From NCBI GenBank assembly GCA_021731165.1, contig JAKFXY010000012.1, positions 10,717-74,716 on the forward strand: DNA of 64,000 bases, read 5' to 3'. The notes below the pieces were generated by a model. The model was not told where the DNA came from. It ran no database searches and saw only the letters and a list, made by a program, of their open reading frames with translations. Of this stretch, positions 1 through 8,417 are shown piece by piece. Every line of letters starts with the position of its first letter. The stretch's first letter is position 1. A program made the position numbers and the translations under genes. The DNA is from Acidobacteriota bacterium (GTDB lineage: Bacteria > Acidobacteriota > Vicinamibacteria > Vicinamibacterales > UBA2999).

Positions 1-5
1 GGTCC

Positions 6-335
6 ATGCAGCTCAAGGAGCGGCTCGACGAACAGCAGCTCGCCGGCTCCGCGCGGTTCGTCGCCAGCGAATCCGTTCGATGGCTGGCGGCGAACATTGC
101 CGGCGGCTTCGCCCTCTTCTGGGGCCTGCCGCACGCCGTGTCGTGGATCGGCGGACACGACCTTGGCCTGACCACGGCGATCTTCTTCGCCGCGATACAG
201 ATTCATCACTTCTTCGTGGACGGCGTGATCTGGAAGTTGAAGAATCCCCGCGTGATGTCGCCCATGCTGGTGAACGTGGACGAGCTGCTCCACGCACCCC
301 GGTCCCCGCGCGCCGGCGCACCGGTGCCGGCCTGA
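6..335 (+). CDS. C-terminal part of an integral membrane protein, family not recognised (probably partial at window edge)
   Basis: The frame is open back to nt 3, so the gene probably starts upstream of the window. Hydrophobic stretches are present (WLAANIAGGFALFWGL, LTTAIFFAAIQIHHFFVDGVIW). Confidence 0.4.
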   Translation: MQLKERLDEQQLAGSARFVASESVRWLAANIAGGFALFWGLPHAVSWIGGHDLGLTTAIFFAAIQIHHFFVDGVIWKLKNPRVMSPMLVNVDELLHAPRSPRAGAPVPA

Positions 336-336
336 G

Positions 337-588
337 ATGCCCGATCCTCTGCTCGCCACGCTTGTCGGGTTGATGATCGCGGGCGGGCTGTCGATCTTCG
401 GCCTTGCCGGCCGCCTGCGCGCCAGCGTCGTCGCCTCGCTGGGCCTCGTCGTCGCGATGCTCGGGGGGTTCTATCTCTACGTGGTCTTTTCGCCTGCCTC
501 ACCCACGAACACCGTGCTGAGCGTGGCCCTCTTCCTCGGGTCCGCCATTCTCTTCCGTCTGCTCAGCAGCTTTGAATCGCCCCGGTGA
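337..588 (+). CDS. small membrane protein (83 aa), unknown function
   Basis: The ATG lies 1 nt after the preceding stop. The sequence is almost entirely hydrophobic helices (LLATLVGLMIAGGLSIFGLAG, LGLVVAMLGGFYLYVVF, VLSVALFLGSAILFRLL). Confidence 0.4.
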   Translation: MPDPLLATLVGLMIAGGLSIFGLAGRLRASVVASLGLVVAMLGGFYLYVVFSPASPTNTVLSVALFLGSAILFRLLSSFESPR

Positions 589-615
589 GGGCGCCGACCG
601 TCAACGTCCGGAACA

Positions 616-1374
616 TCAGGAACGCGTCTTGGCAATGCCTGGCGCCTCTGCCTCCTGGGCTGTGGCAGGGGCCAGATGGTGGGTGGTCAGATGCGTTTTC
701 AACAGCGCGAACGCATCGCCAGGAGAATTCGCGCGCTGGAGCAGGTGCAGGTCCCCTTCAACGATGGCGCCCGACTCGAGCATCGGCGTGAAATTGAGCA
801 CCTGGTCCCAATACTCCGTGCCGTAGAGCACGATCTGCATCTGCTTGGCGAGCTTCTCGGTCTGCATCAGGTTCAGTGTCTCGAACAGCTCGTCCAGCGT
901 TCCGAAACCGCCTGGAAAAATCACGAGAGCCTTGGCCAGGTAGGCGAACCAGAACTTCCGCATGAAGAAATAGTTGAACTCGAAGTGGAGGCCTTCGGTT
1001 ACGTAGCGATTGACACCCTGCTCGAACGGCAGCTTGATGTTGAGTCCGATGGTCTTTCCTCCCGCCTCGCGCGCGCCGCGGTTGGCGGCTTCCATGATGC
1101 CCGGCCCGCCTCCGGACGTCACGACGAAGCGATGGTGCGCACCTTCGAGCGTCTGCGACCATTCCGTGAGGCGCTTTGCCAGCTCGCGGGCTTCCCCGTA
1201 GTACCGCGACCCTTCGAGCATCCGCGAGGAGCCGAAGATGACGACGGTGTCCTGAATGTTCTGGGCCCTGAAGCGGCCCAACGGCTCGAGGTACTCGGCG
1301 AGAATGCGAAGGGGCCTGGCATTCTCGCTTTCAAGGAACGCGCGGTCGAGGTACGGGAGCAACTGCGAATCCAT
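616..1374 (-). CDS. LOG family protein (TIGR00730-type, cytokinin riboside 5'-monophosphate phosphoribohydrolase-like)
   Basis: PGGFGTLDELFE motif and VTSGGGPGIMEAANRGA glycine-rich motif. The start is 1 nt downstream of the pyk stop, so it is in an operon with pyk. Confidence 0.85.
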   Translation of the reverse strand: MDSQLLPYLDRAFLESENARPLRILAEYLEPLGRFRAQNIQDTVVIFGSSRMLEGSRYYGEARELAKRLTEWSQTLEGAHHRFVVTSGGGPGIMEAANRGAREAGGKTIGLNIKLPFEQGVNRYVTEGLHFEFNYFFMRKFWFAYLAKALVIFPGGFGTLDELFETLNLMQTEKLAKQMQIVLYGTEYWDQVLNFTPMLESGAIVEGDLHLLQRANSPGDAFALLKTHLTTHHLAPATAQEAEAPGIAKTRS

Positions 1375-1375
1375 G

Positions 1376-2821
1376 TCACACCCTCTGCAGCTTCAGAAAA
1401 TTCAGCGGCCCTGGCGCGAGTTCGGGCGAGATGCTCACCAGCACGATTGCCGACCCGGCCGGGACGGATCCCCTGGCCACCAGCGTCTGTCCGATGCGGC
1501 CGGCTGCTTCACTGATATCGCCGGTGAGATCCGTCAGGACCGATACGACACCCCACGCCAGCGCGAGCTGGCGCGCGACAGCGGGCTGATCGGTGACGGC
1601 GTAGATCGGCGCCCGCGGCCGAAGCGCCGACAGGGCATGCGCTGTCTTGCCTCTACGCGTCAGCGCGACGATCGCCGTAGCATCGCCACGCTCGGCCAGC
1701 GTCACCGCCGCCTCGCAGAGCGCACGGCCGTGGCTTCCAAGCACGCCGGACGCGCCGAAGGCGTGCGGAGGAGGCGGCGCCCCGGCAAACAGCATCCGCG
1801 CAACGGGCTCGATCCCCTCCGCGTCACGGATCACCCGGTCAAGCGTCTCGACGGCACGCACGGGATAGGCCCCGACTGCCGTCTCCCCCGCCAACATGAT
1901 GGCGTCCACGCCGTCGTCCACGGCATTCGCCGCGTCGCTGACCTCCGCGCGGGTTGGCCTCGGCTCCTTGACCATTGACTCGAGCACCTGTGTCGCGACG
2001 ATGACCGGCACGCCCAGGGCTCGCGCGCGACGTGTCACGTCCTTCTGCACCCGTGGCACGCGCTCGAGCGGCAGTTCGAGGCCCAGATCGCCGCGGGCCA
2101 CCATGACGGCGTCGGCTTCCTGGAGAATCTCATCGATCCGTGCCACGGCTTCGGGTCGCTCCAGCTTCGCTATGAACGGAAGATGGTGTGCACCGGCGGC
2201 ACGAGCCGCCTCACGCGCGCGACGAATGTCCGCGGCATTCTGCACAAAGCTCAGGGCAATCAGGTCGATCCCGGCGGCAATGGCAAACGCCAGGTCATCG
2301 AGATCCTTCGACGTGATTGCCGACGCCGCGAGCGCCACGCCTGGCGCATTGATCCCCTTGTGGGACCCGAGCTCGCCGCCGTCGATCACCCGGGTGACGA
2401 CCTCGGTGGAGCTGGTGTCCTCAACTCGCAACTGGATGCGACCATCGTCCAGCAGGAGTACGTCGCCGCGGCGGACCGCGGTGGGCAGCGGCTCGAATGT
2501 CGTGGAGACGCGTCCTGCTTCGCCCTCGAAATCGCCCACCGCTATTCGCAGCTCGTCGCCGGGCGCGAGATGAATCGACTTGTCGCCGCGAAGCGCCCCC
2601 GTACGGATTTTCGGTCCGCCAAGATCCCCCAGGATCGCGATACACGTTCCCGATCGATCGGCGGCAGCACGAATCCTTGCGATCGCACGGCCATGGCTCT
2701 CGTGCGTTCCGTGCGAGAAATTGAGGCGGAAGATGTCCACGCCGGCGACGAGGAGATCGCGAATCGCCTCCTCGCTGCTCGTGGCCGGACCGATCGTGGC
2801 GATGATCTTGGTGTGACGCAT
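1376..2821 (-). CDS. pyk: pyruvate kinase
   Basis: Homology begins at MRHTKIIATIGPATSS, whose ATG is at 2821. Motifs FRLNFSHG, GDLGGPKIRTG and MVARGDLGLELP are present. The ORF-track extension to 3484 is rejected (see rejected list). Confidence 0.95.
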   Translation of the reverse strand: MRHTKIIATIGPATSSEEAIRDLLVAGVDIFRLNFSHGTHESHGRAIARIRAAADRSGTCIAILGDLGGPKIRTGALRGDKSIHLAPGDELRIAVGDFEGEAGRVSTTFEPLPTAVRRGDVLLLDDGRIQLRVEDTSSTEVVTRVIDGGELGSHKGINAPGVALAASAITSKDLDDLAFAIAAGIDLIALSFVQNAADIRRAREAARAAGAHHLPFIAKLERPEAVARIDEILQEADAVMVARGDLGLELPLERVPRVQKDVTRRARALGVPVIVATQVLESMVKEPRPTRAEVSDAANAVDDGVDAIMLAGETAVGAYPVRAVETLDRVIRDAEGIEPVARMLFAGAPPPPHAFGASGVLGSHGRALCEAAVTLAERGDATAIVALTRRGKTAHALSALRPRAPIYAVTDQPAVARQLALAWGVVSVLTDLTGDISEAAGRIGQTLVARGSVPAGSAIVLVSISPELAPGPLNFLKLQRV

Positions 2822-2830
2822 GGCGAGAGG

Positions 2831-2887
2831 GTTATAGGTTACAGGGGACACCTGTCCCCTGTAACCTGTACTCTGTAACCTGTAACC
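2831..2887. repeat. inverted arrays of 7-nt units (GTTACAG / CTGTAAC) including a perfect 14+14 bp palindrome
   Basis: Read directly as GTTATAG GTTACAG GGGACA cc TGTCCC CTGTAAC CTGTACT CTGTAAC CTGTAAC. GGTTACAGGGGACA (2837-2850) is the exact reverse complement of TGTCCCCTGTAACC (2853-2866). Confidence 0.9.
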
Positions 2888-2890
2888 ATC

Positions 2891-3067
2891 ATGACGATCA
2901 CCGTGTGGCTGGAGAGTGCGATCCGCGACGCTGAGCGCCGCGGGCTTCCGACACTGCGACCGCTGCTCGAGGCGCTGGCGCGATCCACGTCGGCGCTCAG
3001 GGCCGCGGACTGGAACGAGAACGCGGCCGGCGAGCACGGGCCGTCCACGGACGTCAATGGCCGCTGA
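2891..3067 (+). CDS. unannotated 58-aa ORF overlapping the amidase start (possible small amidase partner subunit)
   Basis: Translation is ATG 2891 ... TGA 3065-3067: MTITVWLESAIRDAERRGLPTLRPLLEALARSTSALRAADWNENAAGEHGPSTDVNGR. It is below the 60-aa cutoff of the ORF track and overlaps the amidase ATG (3057) by 11 nt. No clear SD is visible. Confidence 0.35.
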   Translation: MTITVWLESAIRDAERRGLPTLRPLLEALARSTSALRAADWNENAAGEHGPSTDVNGR

Positions 3068-4505
3068 AAGAAACGCTGACAAGGACGCCGGACGAGATGC
3101 CGAGCCGCGGACCATCGCCGATCTTGCCGCCGCGCTGAAGGCCCGCGAGCTGACCTCGGTGTCGGTCGTCGATCGATGCCTCCAGCAGATCGCCGAACGC
3201 GACGGTACGTTGAACGCCTTCATCACCGTCCTGTCCGACGCGGCGCGCGAACAGGCGCGGGAGGCGGATCGGGAGATCGCGGCAGGCGGACACCGCGGCC
3301 CCCTGCACGGTGTACCTGTCTCGCTCAAAGACCTCATCGACCTGAGAGGCACGCCGACGACCGCCGCCTCACGTGTACGCCAGGGCCACGTGGCCGCGCA
3401 GGACTCGCCGGTTGCCGCCCGCCTGCGCGAAGCCGGCGCGGTGTTCATCGGCAAGACGAACCTCCACGAGTTCGCGTTTGGCACGACGAACGAGGAATCG
3501 GCCTACGGCCTGGTCCGTCATCCGCTGGACCCGACCCGCTCCCCGGGAGGGTCCTCCGGCGGCTCGGCCGTTTCAGTCGCGACGGGCATGGCATGGGCGT
3601 CGATCGGGACCGATACCGGCGGCTCCGTGCGGATTCCCTCGGCGGCATGCGGCCTCGTCGGATTGAAGCCGGGATTCGGCGAGGTGCCGGTCGAAGGCAT
3701 TATTCCGCTGAGCACGACGCTGGATCACGTCGGCCCGCTGTGCCGATCAGTTGGCGATGCGCGCATCGTGTATGGCGTGCTTCGCGGCCAGGCTCCGTCG
3801 GTGGCACGAAAGGAGGCGCGTGGCCTGCGCCTCGGCATTCCGCGCGAGTATTTCCTGTCTGTGCTCGACGCGGATGTCGCGGCAGGGTTCGAGGCCACGT
3901 GCGCGCGCCTGCGTGATGCAGGCGTGGTCATAGACGAGGTCTCTATACGGCACGCGGCCGACATCGCGCCCGTCTACCTCCACATCGTGCTCGCGGAAGC
4001 CGCGGCCTATCACGCCAGAACGCTGGAGAGCCGGCCGGGCGACTACACGCCGAACGTGCGCCTGCGGCTCGAGATGGGGCGCTACATCCTCGCCGAAGAC
4101 TACGCGCGCGCCTTGCGCGGGCGAGAGATGCTGCGGCACGAGGTGGATGCGGCTCTCGGCGACCGCGACGGCCTGCTGCTGCCGGCGCTTGCGGTGCCCG
4201 CCACGACACTGGGGGCGGACACGGTCCGTGTCGGCTCGAGCACCGGTGTCACCGACGAGCCAATCCGCAACATCACGCTGCGGCTCACGCACCTCTTCAA
4301 CGTCACCGGCCATCCGGCGATCACGCTGCCGTGCGGTGCCACGCCTGAGGGGCTGCCGATCGGGGCTCAGATCGTCGGGCACTCGAACCGGACGCCGGAT
4401 CTGCTCGACGTGGCCAGCGCGCTCGAGCGCTACGTCACCCCAGATGCCGCAACCCCACGTGGCATTCCCCTCTCCGGCGCCGCTCCCGCCGCGTCGCGCA
4501 ACTGA
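3057..4505 (+). CDS. amidase-signature family amidase (GatA-like)
   Basis: Amidase signature GGSSGGSAVSVATGMAWASIGTDTGGSVRIPSAACGLVGLKPGFG. The N-terminus MAAERN...TIADLAAALKARELTSV is typical for the family. ATG is at 3057. Confidence 0.9.
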   Translation: MAAERNADKDAGRDAEPRTIADLAAALKARELTSVSVVDRCLQQIAERDGTLNAFITVLSDAAREQAREADREIAAGGHRGPLHGVPVSLKDLIDLRGTPTTAASRVRQGHVAAQDSPVAARLREAGAVFIGKTNLHEFAFGTTNEESAYGLVRHPLDPTRSPGGSSGGSAVSVATGMAWASIGTDTGGSVRIPSAACGLVGLKPGFGEVPVEGIIPLSTTLDHVGPLCRSVGDARIVYGVLRGQAPSVARKEARGLRLGIPREYFLSVLDADVAAGFEATCARLRDAGVVIDEVSIRHAADIAPVYLHIVLAEAAAYHARTLESRPGDYTPNVRLRLEMGRYILAEDYARALRGREMLRHEVDAALGDRDGLLLPALAVPATTLGADTVRVGSSTGVTDEPIRNITLRLTHLFNVTGHPAITLPCGATPEGLPIGAQIVGHSNRTPDLLDVASALERYVTPDAATPRGIPLSGAAPAASRN

Positions 4506-4508
4506 TCT

Positions 4509-5600
4509 GTGCTGACTCGTCTCTTCCACGCCTGGGAGCATCGCCTCGCCTCGGTCAGCAAGGATCGGCTGGTCCGGCCGTTCGACTGGGGGCTCGACTG
4601 GCTCCCGCCTTCGCCGGAGGATTTGGTCACACAGGCGCCGGCCGCACCTTCCGCGACACTCGGACCCGAGCATCTGGTGCGCGCCTGGGTTGACGACGTG
4701 ATGGCCGATACCGGCGCCTTTTTCGACGCAGGTATCTGTGAGGACTACGCGTTCATCCCCGCGGAGCGCCAACCTGGCCAACCCCGTGCCGCCCTGCCCA
4801 CGGATGGAGCCGGCACACTTCGGTTCTCGAGCGCGCTCGTCACGCCGCATCCCGAGAACAATACGGTCACCGCGCGGTGGTTTCCCTCAGTAGAAGGGAC
4901 CCGGGGGCGGGCCGTCGTGGTACTGCCGCAATGGAACTCGGATCCGGGAGGGCACGTCGGCCTCTCCCAGCTCCTGGCCCGCTTCGGTGTCTCGGCGCTC
5001 CGTCTCAGCCTGCCCTATCACGATGGGCGCATGCCGCCCGAGCTGACTCGTGCCGACTACATCGTCAGCGCCAACGTCGTGCGCACCGTGCAGGTATGCC
5101 GGCAGGCCGTGCTCGACGCGCGGCGCGCGGTTGCGTGGCTGGCCGGCCAGGGGTACGAGCGGATCGGGATTCTCGGCACGAGCCTCGGTTCCTGCCTTGC
5201 CATGCTGACCGCTGCGCATGAACCGCGGATCCGAGCGCAGGCGCTCAACCATGTCTCGCCGTGGTTCGCCGACGTCGTGTGGCGGGGTCTCTCCACGCGT
5301 CACGTGCGCGCGGGCCTCGACGGGCACATCGACCTCGACACGCTGCGCGCGCTCTGGCGGCCTATCAGCCCATTCTCTTATCTCGATCGGGCCACGCAGA
5401 CGCGCACCCTGCTCGTCTACGCCCGCTACGACCTTACCTTTCCGGTCGATCTCTCCCGTCTGCTGATCGATGAGTTCGCGAAGAGGGGACGTCCGCACGA
5501 GACGGCCGTCCTGCCATGCGGGCACTACAGCACCGGCAACGCGCCGTTCAAGTTCCTCGATGCGTACGTGTTGACGCGGTTCCTGAGGAAGAGTCTCTAG
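4509..5600 (+). CDS. alpha/beta hydrolase fold protein
   Basis: Nucleophile elbow GILGTSLGSCLAM (G-x-S-x-G). GTG start lies 4 nt after the amidase stop. A C-terminal LPCGHYS segment is consistent with the catalytic His region. Confidence 0.7.
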   Translation: MLTRLFHAWEHRLASVSKDRLVRPFDWGLDWLPPSPEDLVTQAPAAPSATLGPEHLVRAWVDDVMADTGAFFDAGICEDYAFIPAERQPGQPRAALPTDGAGTLRFSSALVTPHPENNTVTARWFPSVEGTRGRAVVVLPQWNSDPGGHVGLSQLLARFGVSALRLSLPYHDGRMPPELTRADYIVSANVVRTVQVCRQAVLDARRAVAWLAGQGYERIGILGTSLGSCLAMLTAAHEPRIRAQALNHVSPWFADVVWRGLSTRHVRAGLDGHIDLDTLRALWRPISPFSYLDRATQTRTLLVYARYDLTFPVDLSRLLIDEFAKRGRPHETAVLPCGHYSTGNAPFKFLDAYVLTRFLRKSL

Positions 5601-5675
5601 GTCCAGGGTTCCTTCGCTCCTGCGAAGCCCCGAGGCACCGAGAGGCGAGATGTAGCCATGGCGATGTAGCCGTAG

Positions 5676-5697
5676 AGGCGGACCTTCAGGTCCGCCT
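5676..5697. repeat. REP-like GC-rich hairpin (AGGCGGACC-TTCA-GGTCCGCCT), probable bidirectional terminator
   Basis: 9-bp perfect stem with a 4-nt loop between convergent genes, overlapping the stop codon of the M16 gene. It belongs to the same family as the copies at 34243 and 34307. Confidence 0.75.
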
Positions 5698-7099
5698 ACA
5701 ACGCGGCGGAAAGAATCCGCGGCTCGCCAAGACCGAGACTTGGGAGCGAGTCGGCAATGGCCGCGTGATCGCCCACGATGAGCGTCGTGAGTCGCGGTGG
5801 GTCGAGATACTCTCCGGCCACGCGCGTCACGTCGTCTGCTGTGACCGCATGTACCTTGGGGATGAAATCTTCGAAGTACGAATCAGAGAACCCATAGAGC
5901 GCGAGCTGCGCCACCGACCGCGCCACCTGCGGGCCGGTCTCGAAGTTACGCGAGTATCCCCTGGTGAGCGAGGCCTTCGCCAGCGCCATCTCCTGCGCCG
6001 ACGGTGGGCGTGAGCCGCGCACTCCCTCGAACTCGTCGAGCGTGTCGCGAATCGCCTCGGCCGTGGCGGCCGTCCGCACGCTGGTCTGCACGAGCAGAGG
6101 CGAACGTCCGCGGCGCCAGTCGAAGCCGCTGCGCGCCCCATAGGTGAGCCCCTTCTCTTCGCGGAGCTTCAACATGATGCGGCTGACGAACTGTCCGCCG
6201 AGCACCGCGTTCATCACGAGCAGCGCGGCGTAGTCCGGCGTGTCCCGACGCGCCGAGAGATGGCCAATCCTCAACTCCGACTGCGCGGCGCCTTCGCGCG
6301 GCACGATCGCCAGACGAGGAGCCCCGGCCGTCGGCGGCTCGATGCTGTCCGCGGCCGCGAGCCGTTCCCCACCGGTCCCGGCCACGCTACCCGTCCCACT
6401 CGCCCCACCAGGCCAGCTCCCAAACGCCTGCTGTGCCACGTATGCGAGGTCGTCGTGCCCCATCGCTCCCGCGATTACCAGCGTGGCGCGTGATGGACGG
6501 AACGTCGAGGCATGAAACCGCGCGACATCCCCACGGACCATACGCTGGAGCGACCCGTCTGTTCCAATCGAGAGGTGACCGTATGGATGGCTGCCGTACA
6601 ACAGGCGGAGAAACGCCCGCTCGGCCACGGCAGGGGGGAGGTCCTTCAGCTGCTTCAGGCGATCCAGACGCAGCTGCCGAACGCGGTCGAAATCGTCCTG
6701 TCGCAGGCTGGGCCGGGTCACGATATCGGCGAGGAGCGTCGCCCCGCGCCCCGCGAATCGCGTCATGGTCGTGAGAGTGAACGTCGTGGCGTCGGGGGCC
6801 ACATCCACGTCGTAGTCACCTCCAATGCGCGCGAAGGCGTCAGAAACGTCGATGGCCGACAGCGACCCGGTGCCTTCGTCAGCCATATCCGCCGTCAGCG
6901 CGGCAAGCCCTTCGAGCTGTGCCGGGTCAGCGCCGGATCCACCGTCCACTTGCAGCACGAACGTCACGATCGGCAGGCCAGGGTGCTCGATCGTGCGAAG
7001 CTGCAACCCATTCGCGAGGCGGTGGCGGACAATCGCGGGAAAACGAAAGGTCGGGTCGTCTCCGACCGCCGGCATCCTGGAGCGATCGACACCCATCAC
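5696..7099 (-). CDS. M16 (pitrilysin/insulinase) family peptidase, non-catalytic partner subunit
   Basis: Family-typical N-terminus (RHRLANGLQLRTIEHPGLPIVTF) but no HxxEH motif. The start overlaps the upstream M16 stop by 4 nt (ATGA). Confidence 0.8.
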   Translation of the reverse strand: MMGVDRSRMPAVGDDPTFRFPAIVRHRLANGLQLRTIEHPGLPIVTFVLQVDGGSGADPAQLEGLAALTADMADEGTGSLSAIDVSDAFARIGGDYDVDVAPDATTFTLTTMTRFAGRGATLLADIVTRPSLRQDDFDRVRQLRLDRLKQLKDLPPAVAERAFLRLLYGSHPYGHLSIGTDGSLQRMVRGDVARFHASTFRPSRATLVIAGAMGHDDLAYVAQQAFGSWPGGASGTGSVAGTGGERLAAADSIEPPTAGAPRLAIVPREGAAQSELRIGHLSARRDTPDYAALLVMNAVLGGQFVSRIMLKLREEKGLTYGARSGFDWRRGRSPLLVQTSVRTAATAEAIRDTLDEFEGVRGSRPPSAQEMALAKASLTRGYSRNFETGPQVARSVAQLALYGFSDSYFEDFIPKVHAVTADDVTRVAGEYLDPPRLTTLIVGDHAAIADSLPSLGLGEPRILSAAL

Positions 7100-8409
7100 G
7101 ACACCAACACAGGTTCAGACCCGGAGAGCGCGAGCCCGGGCTGTCCCGCCGGCACCACGCTCAGAAGGACGCGGCGATCAAACGCGAGGTACGCCTTCGC
7201 GGCGGCGCGTACAGAATCGCGCGTGGCGGAACGGTACCGCTCAAGATCCGTCGCGAAGTAGCCAGGATCTCCCTTGAAGACGTTGTAGGCGTTGAGCTGA
7301 TCAGACTTGCCGCCGAAGCCGCCCACCGTCTGGAGACGGTACAAGAAGTGGGCTTCGACCTGCGCCGCGCCACGCTCCATCTCAGCCTCGGTGGGACCGT
7401 CCGTCGCGACCCGCTGGAGCTCCTGGTCGATCACGGCCACGATGTCTGTGAGGGAGTGACCCGGAGCGGCGGTTGCAACGAGCAGGAAGAACCCGGCAAT
7501 CTCACGCGAGCTCTGATAGGCGGCAACGTCGAGGGCCAGCCGTTTCTCGTAGACGAGCGTACGGTACAAGCGCGAGGTCTTACCGTTACCGAGCAGATCA
7601 CCCAGCAGATCCATATCCGCGTCGTCGGCCCCAAACATCTCCGGGGAATGCCACGCCATGTACACACGTGGCATCTCGACGCGATCCTCCAGCAGCAGCT
7701 TGATCTCGTGGGTGAGCTCCGCGTGGGCACGAACCGCCGCCGGGCGAACGCCGGCCGGTAGCTCGCCGAAGTAGCGCTCCGCCAACTCGAAGGCACGCTC
7801 CGTGTCGATGTCCCCTGCCAACGACAGCGACGCGTTCGACGCGTGATAGTAGGCTCGAAAGAACGCCTGCACCTCGTCGAGCTGCATGGCGCGGATGTCG
7901 TCCGCCGCGCCGATCGTCGGCCAGTGGTACGGATGGTCCCCAAGGTACAGCGCCGCCGAGAGGGCCATCGTCGCCAGGCCGTACGGGCGATTCTCGTAGT
8001 TCTGCCGTCGCTCGTTGAGCACGACCTCACGCTGTGTCTCGAACCGCTCGCGCGTCACCGCCGGAAGGAGGTATCCCATCCGGTCCGATTCCATCCAGAG
8101 CGCCAGATCCACGGCGCTTGTCGGCACCACTTCCCAGTAGTTCGTCCGATCGGAGTTGGTCGATCCGTTGAGGAGCGCGCCGGCCTGCTGGAGCGGCGCG
8201 AAGTAGCTGGAGTTCTGATGCTCGGACCCCTCGAACATCAGGTGCTCGAACAGGTGCGCAAAGCCCGTGCGACCGGGATGCTCGTTCTTCGAGCCGACGT
8301 GGTACCAGACGTTCACCGCCACCATCGGCACGTGGTGATTCTCGTGGACGAGGACGTCGAGCCCGTTCGTGAGCGTCCGCTTCGCGAACGGGAGATCGAT
8401 CTGGGTCAC
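7096..8409 (-). CDS. M16 family zinc peptidase, catalytic subunit
   Basis: Inverted zinc-binding motif HLFEHLMFEGSEH (HxxEH). LTNGLDVLVHENHHVPMVAVNVWYHVGS is a typical N-terminus. Confidence 0.9.
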   Translation of the reverse strand: MTQIDLPFAKRTLTNGLDVLVHENHHVPMVAVNVWYHVGSKNEHPGRTGFAHLFEHLMFEGSEHQNSSYFAPLQQAGALLNGSTNSDRTNYWEVVPTSAVDLALWMESDRMGYLLPAVTRERFETQREVVLNERRQNYENRPYGLATMALSAALYLGDHPYHWPTIGAADDIRAMQLDEVQAFFRAYYHASNASLSLAGDIDTERAFELAERYFGELPAGVRPAAVRAHAELTHEIKLLLEDRVEMPRVYMAWHSPEMFGADDADMDLLGDLLGNGKTSRLYRTLVYEKRLALDVAAYQSSREIAGFFLLVATAAPGHSLTDIVAVIDQELQRVATDGPTEAEMERGAAQVEAHFLYRLQTVGGFGGKSDQLNAYNVFKGDPGYFATDLERYRSATRDSVRAAAKAYLAFDRRVLLSVVPAGQPGLALSGSEPVLVS

Positions 8410-8417
8410 GGCGCCGG

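Noticed and set aside
676-1515. Long antisense or alternative-frame ORFs throughout the window (for example 676..1515, 1256..1978, 8427..9617, 13461..14615, 33609..34907, 42275..43882, 43702..44949, 57168..58196)
   Set aside because: They lie opposite or out of frame to genes with clear family motifs. They have Arg/Gly/Pro/Ala-rich composition typical of spurious open frames in high-GC DNA, and none shows a recognisable motif.
2837-2886. GGTTACA / TGTAACC half-sites as a BirA (biotin) operator
   Set aside because: Known BirA operators are TGTAAACC-N14-16-GGTTTACA, with the opposite half-site order and an extra base. The site precedes pyk and an amidase, not biotin genes. bioY at 34945 has no such site.
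2822-3484. N-terminal extension of the pyruvate kinase ORF (track ORF 1376..3484, 702 aa)
   Set aside because: Pyruvate kinase homology starts exactly at MRHTKIIATIGP (ATG 2821). The upstream 221 codons are Arg/Ser/Ala-rich antisense of the amidase gene and cross the heptamer palindrome.
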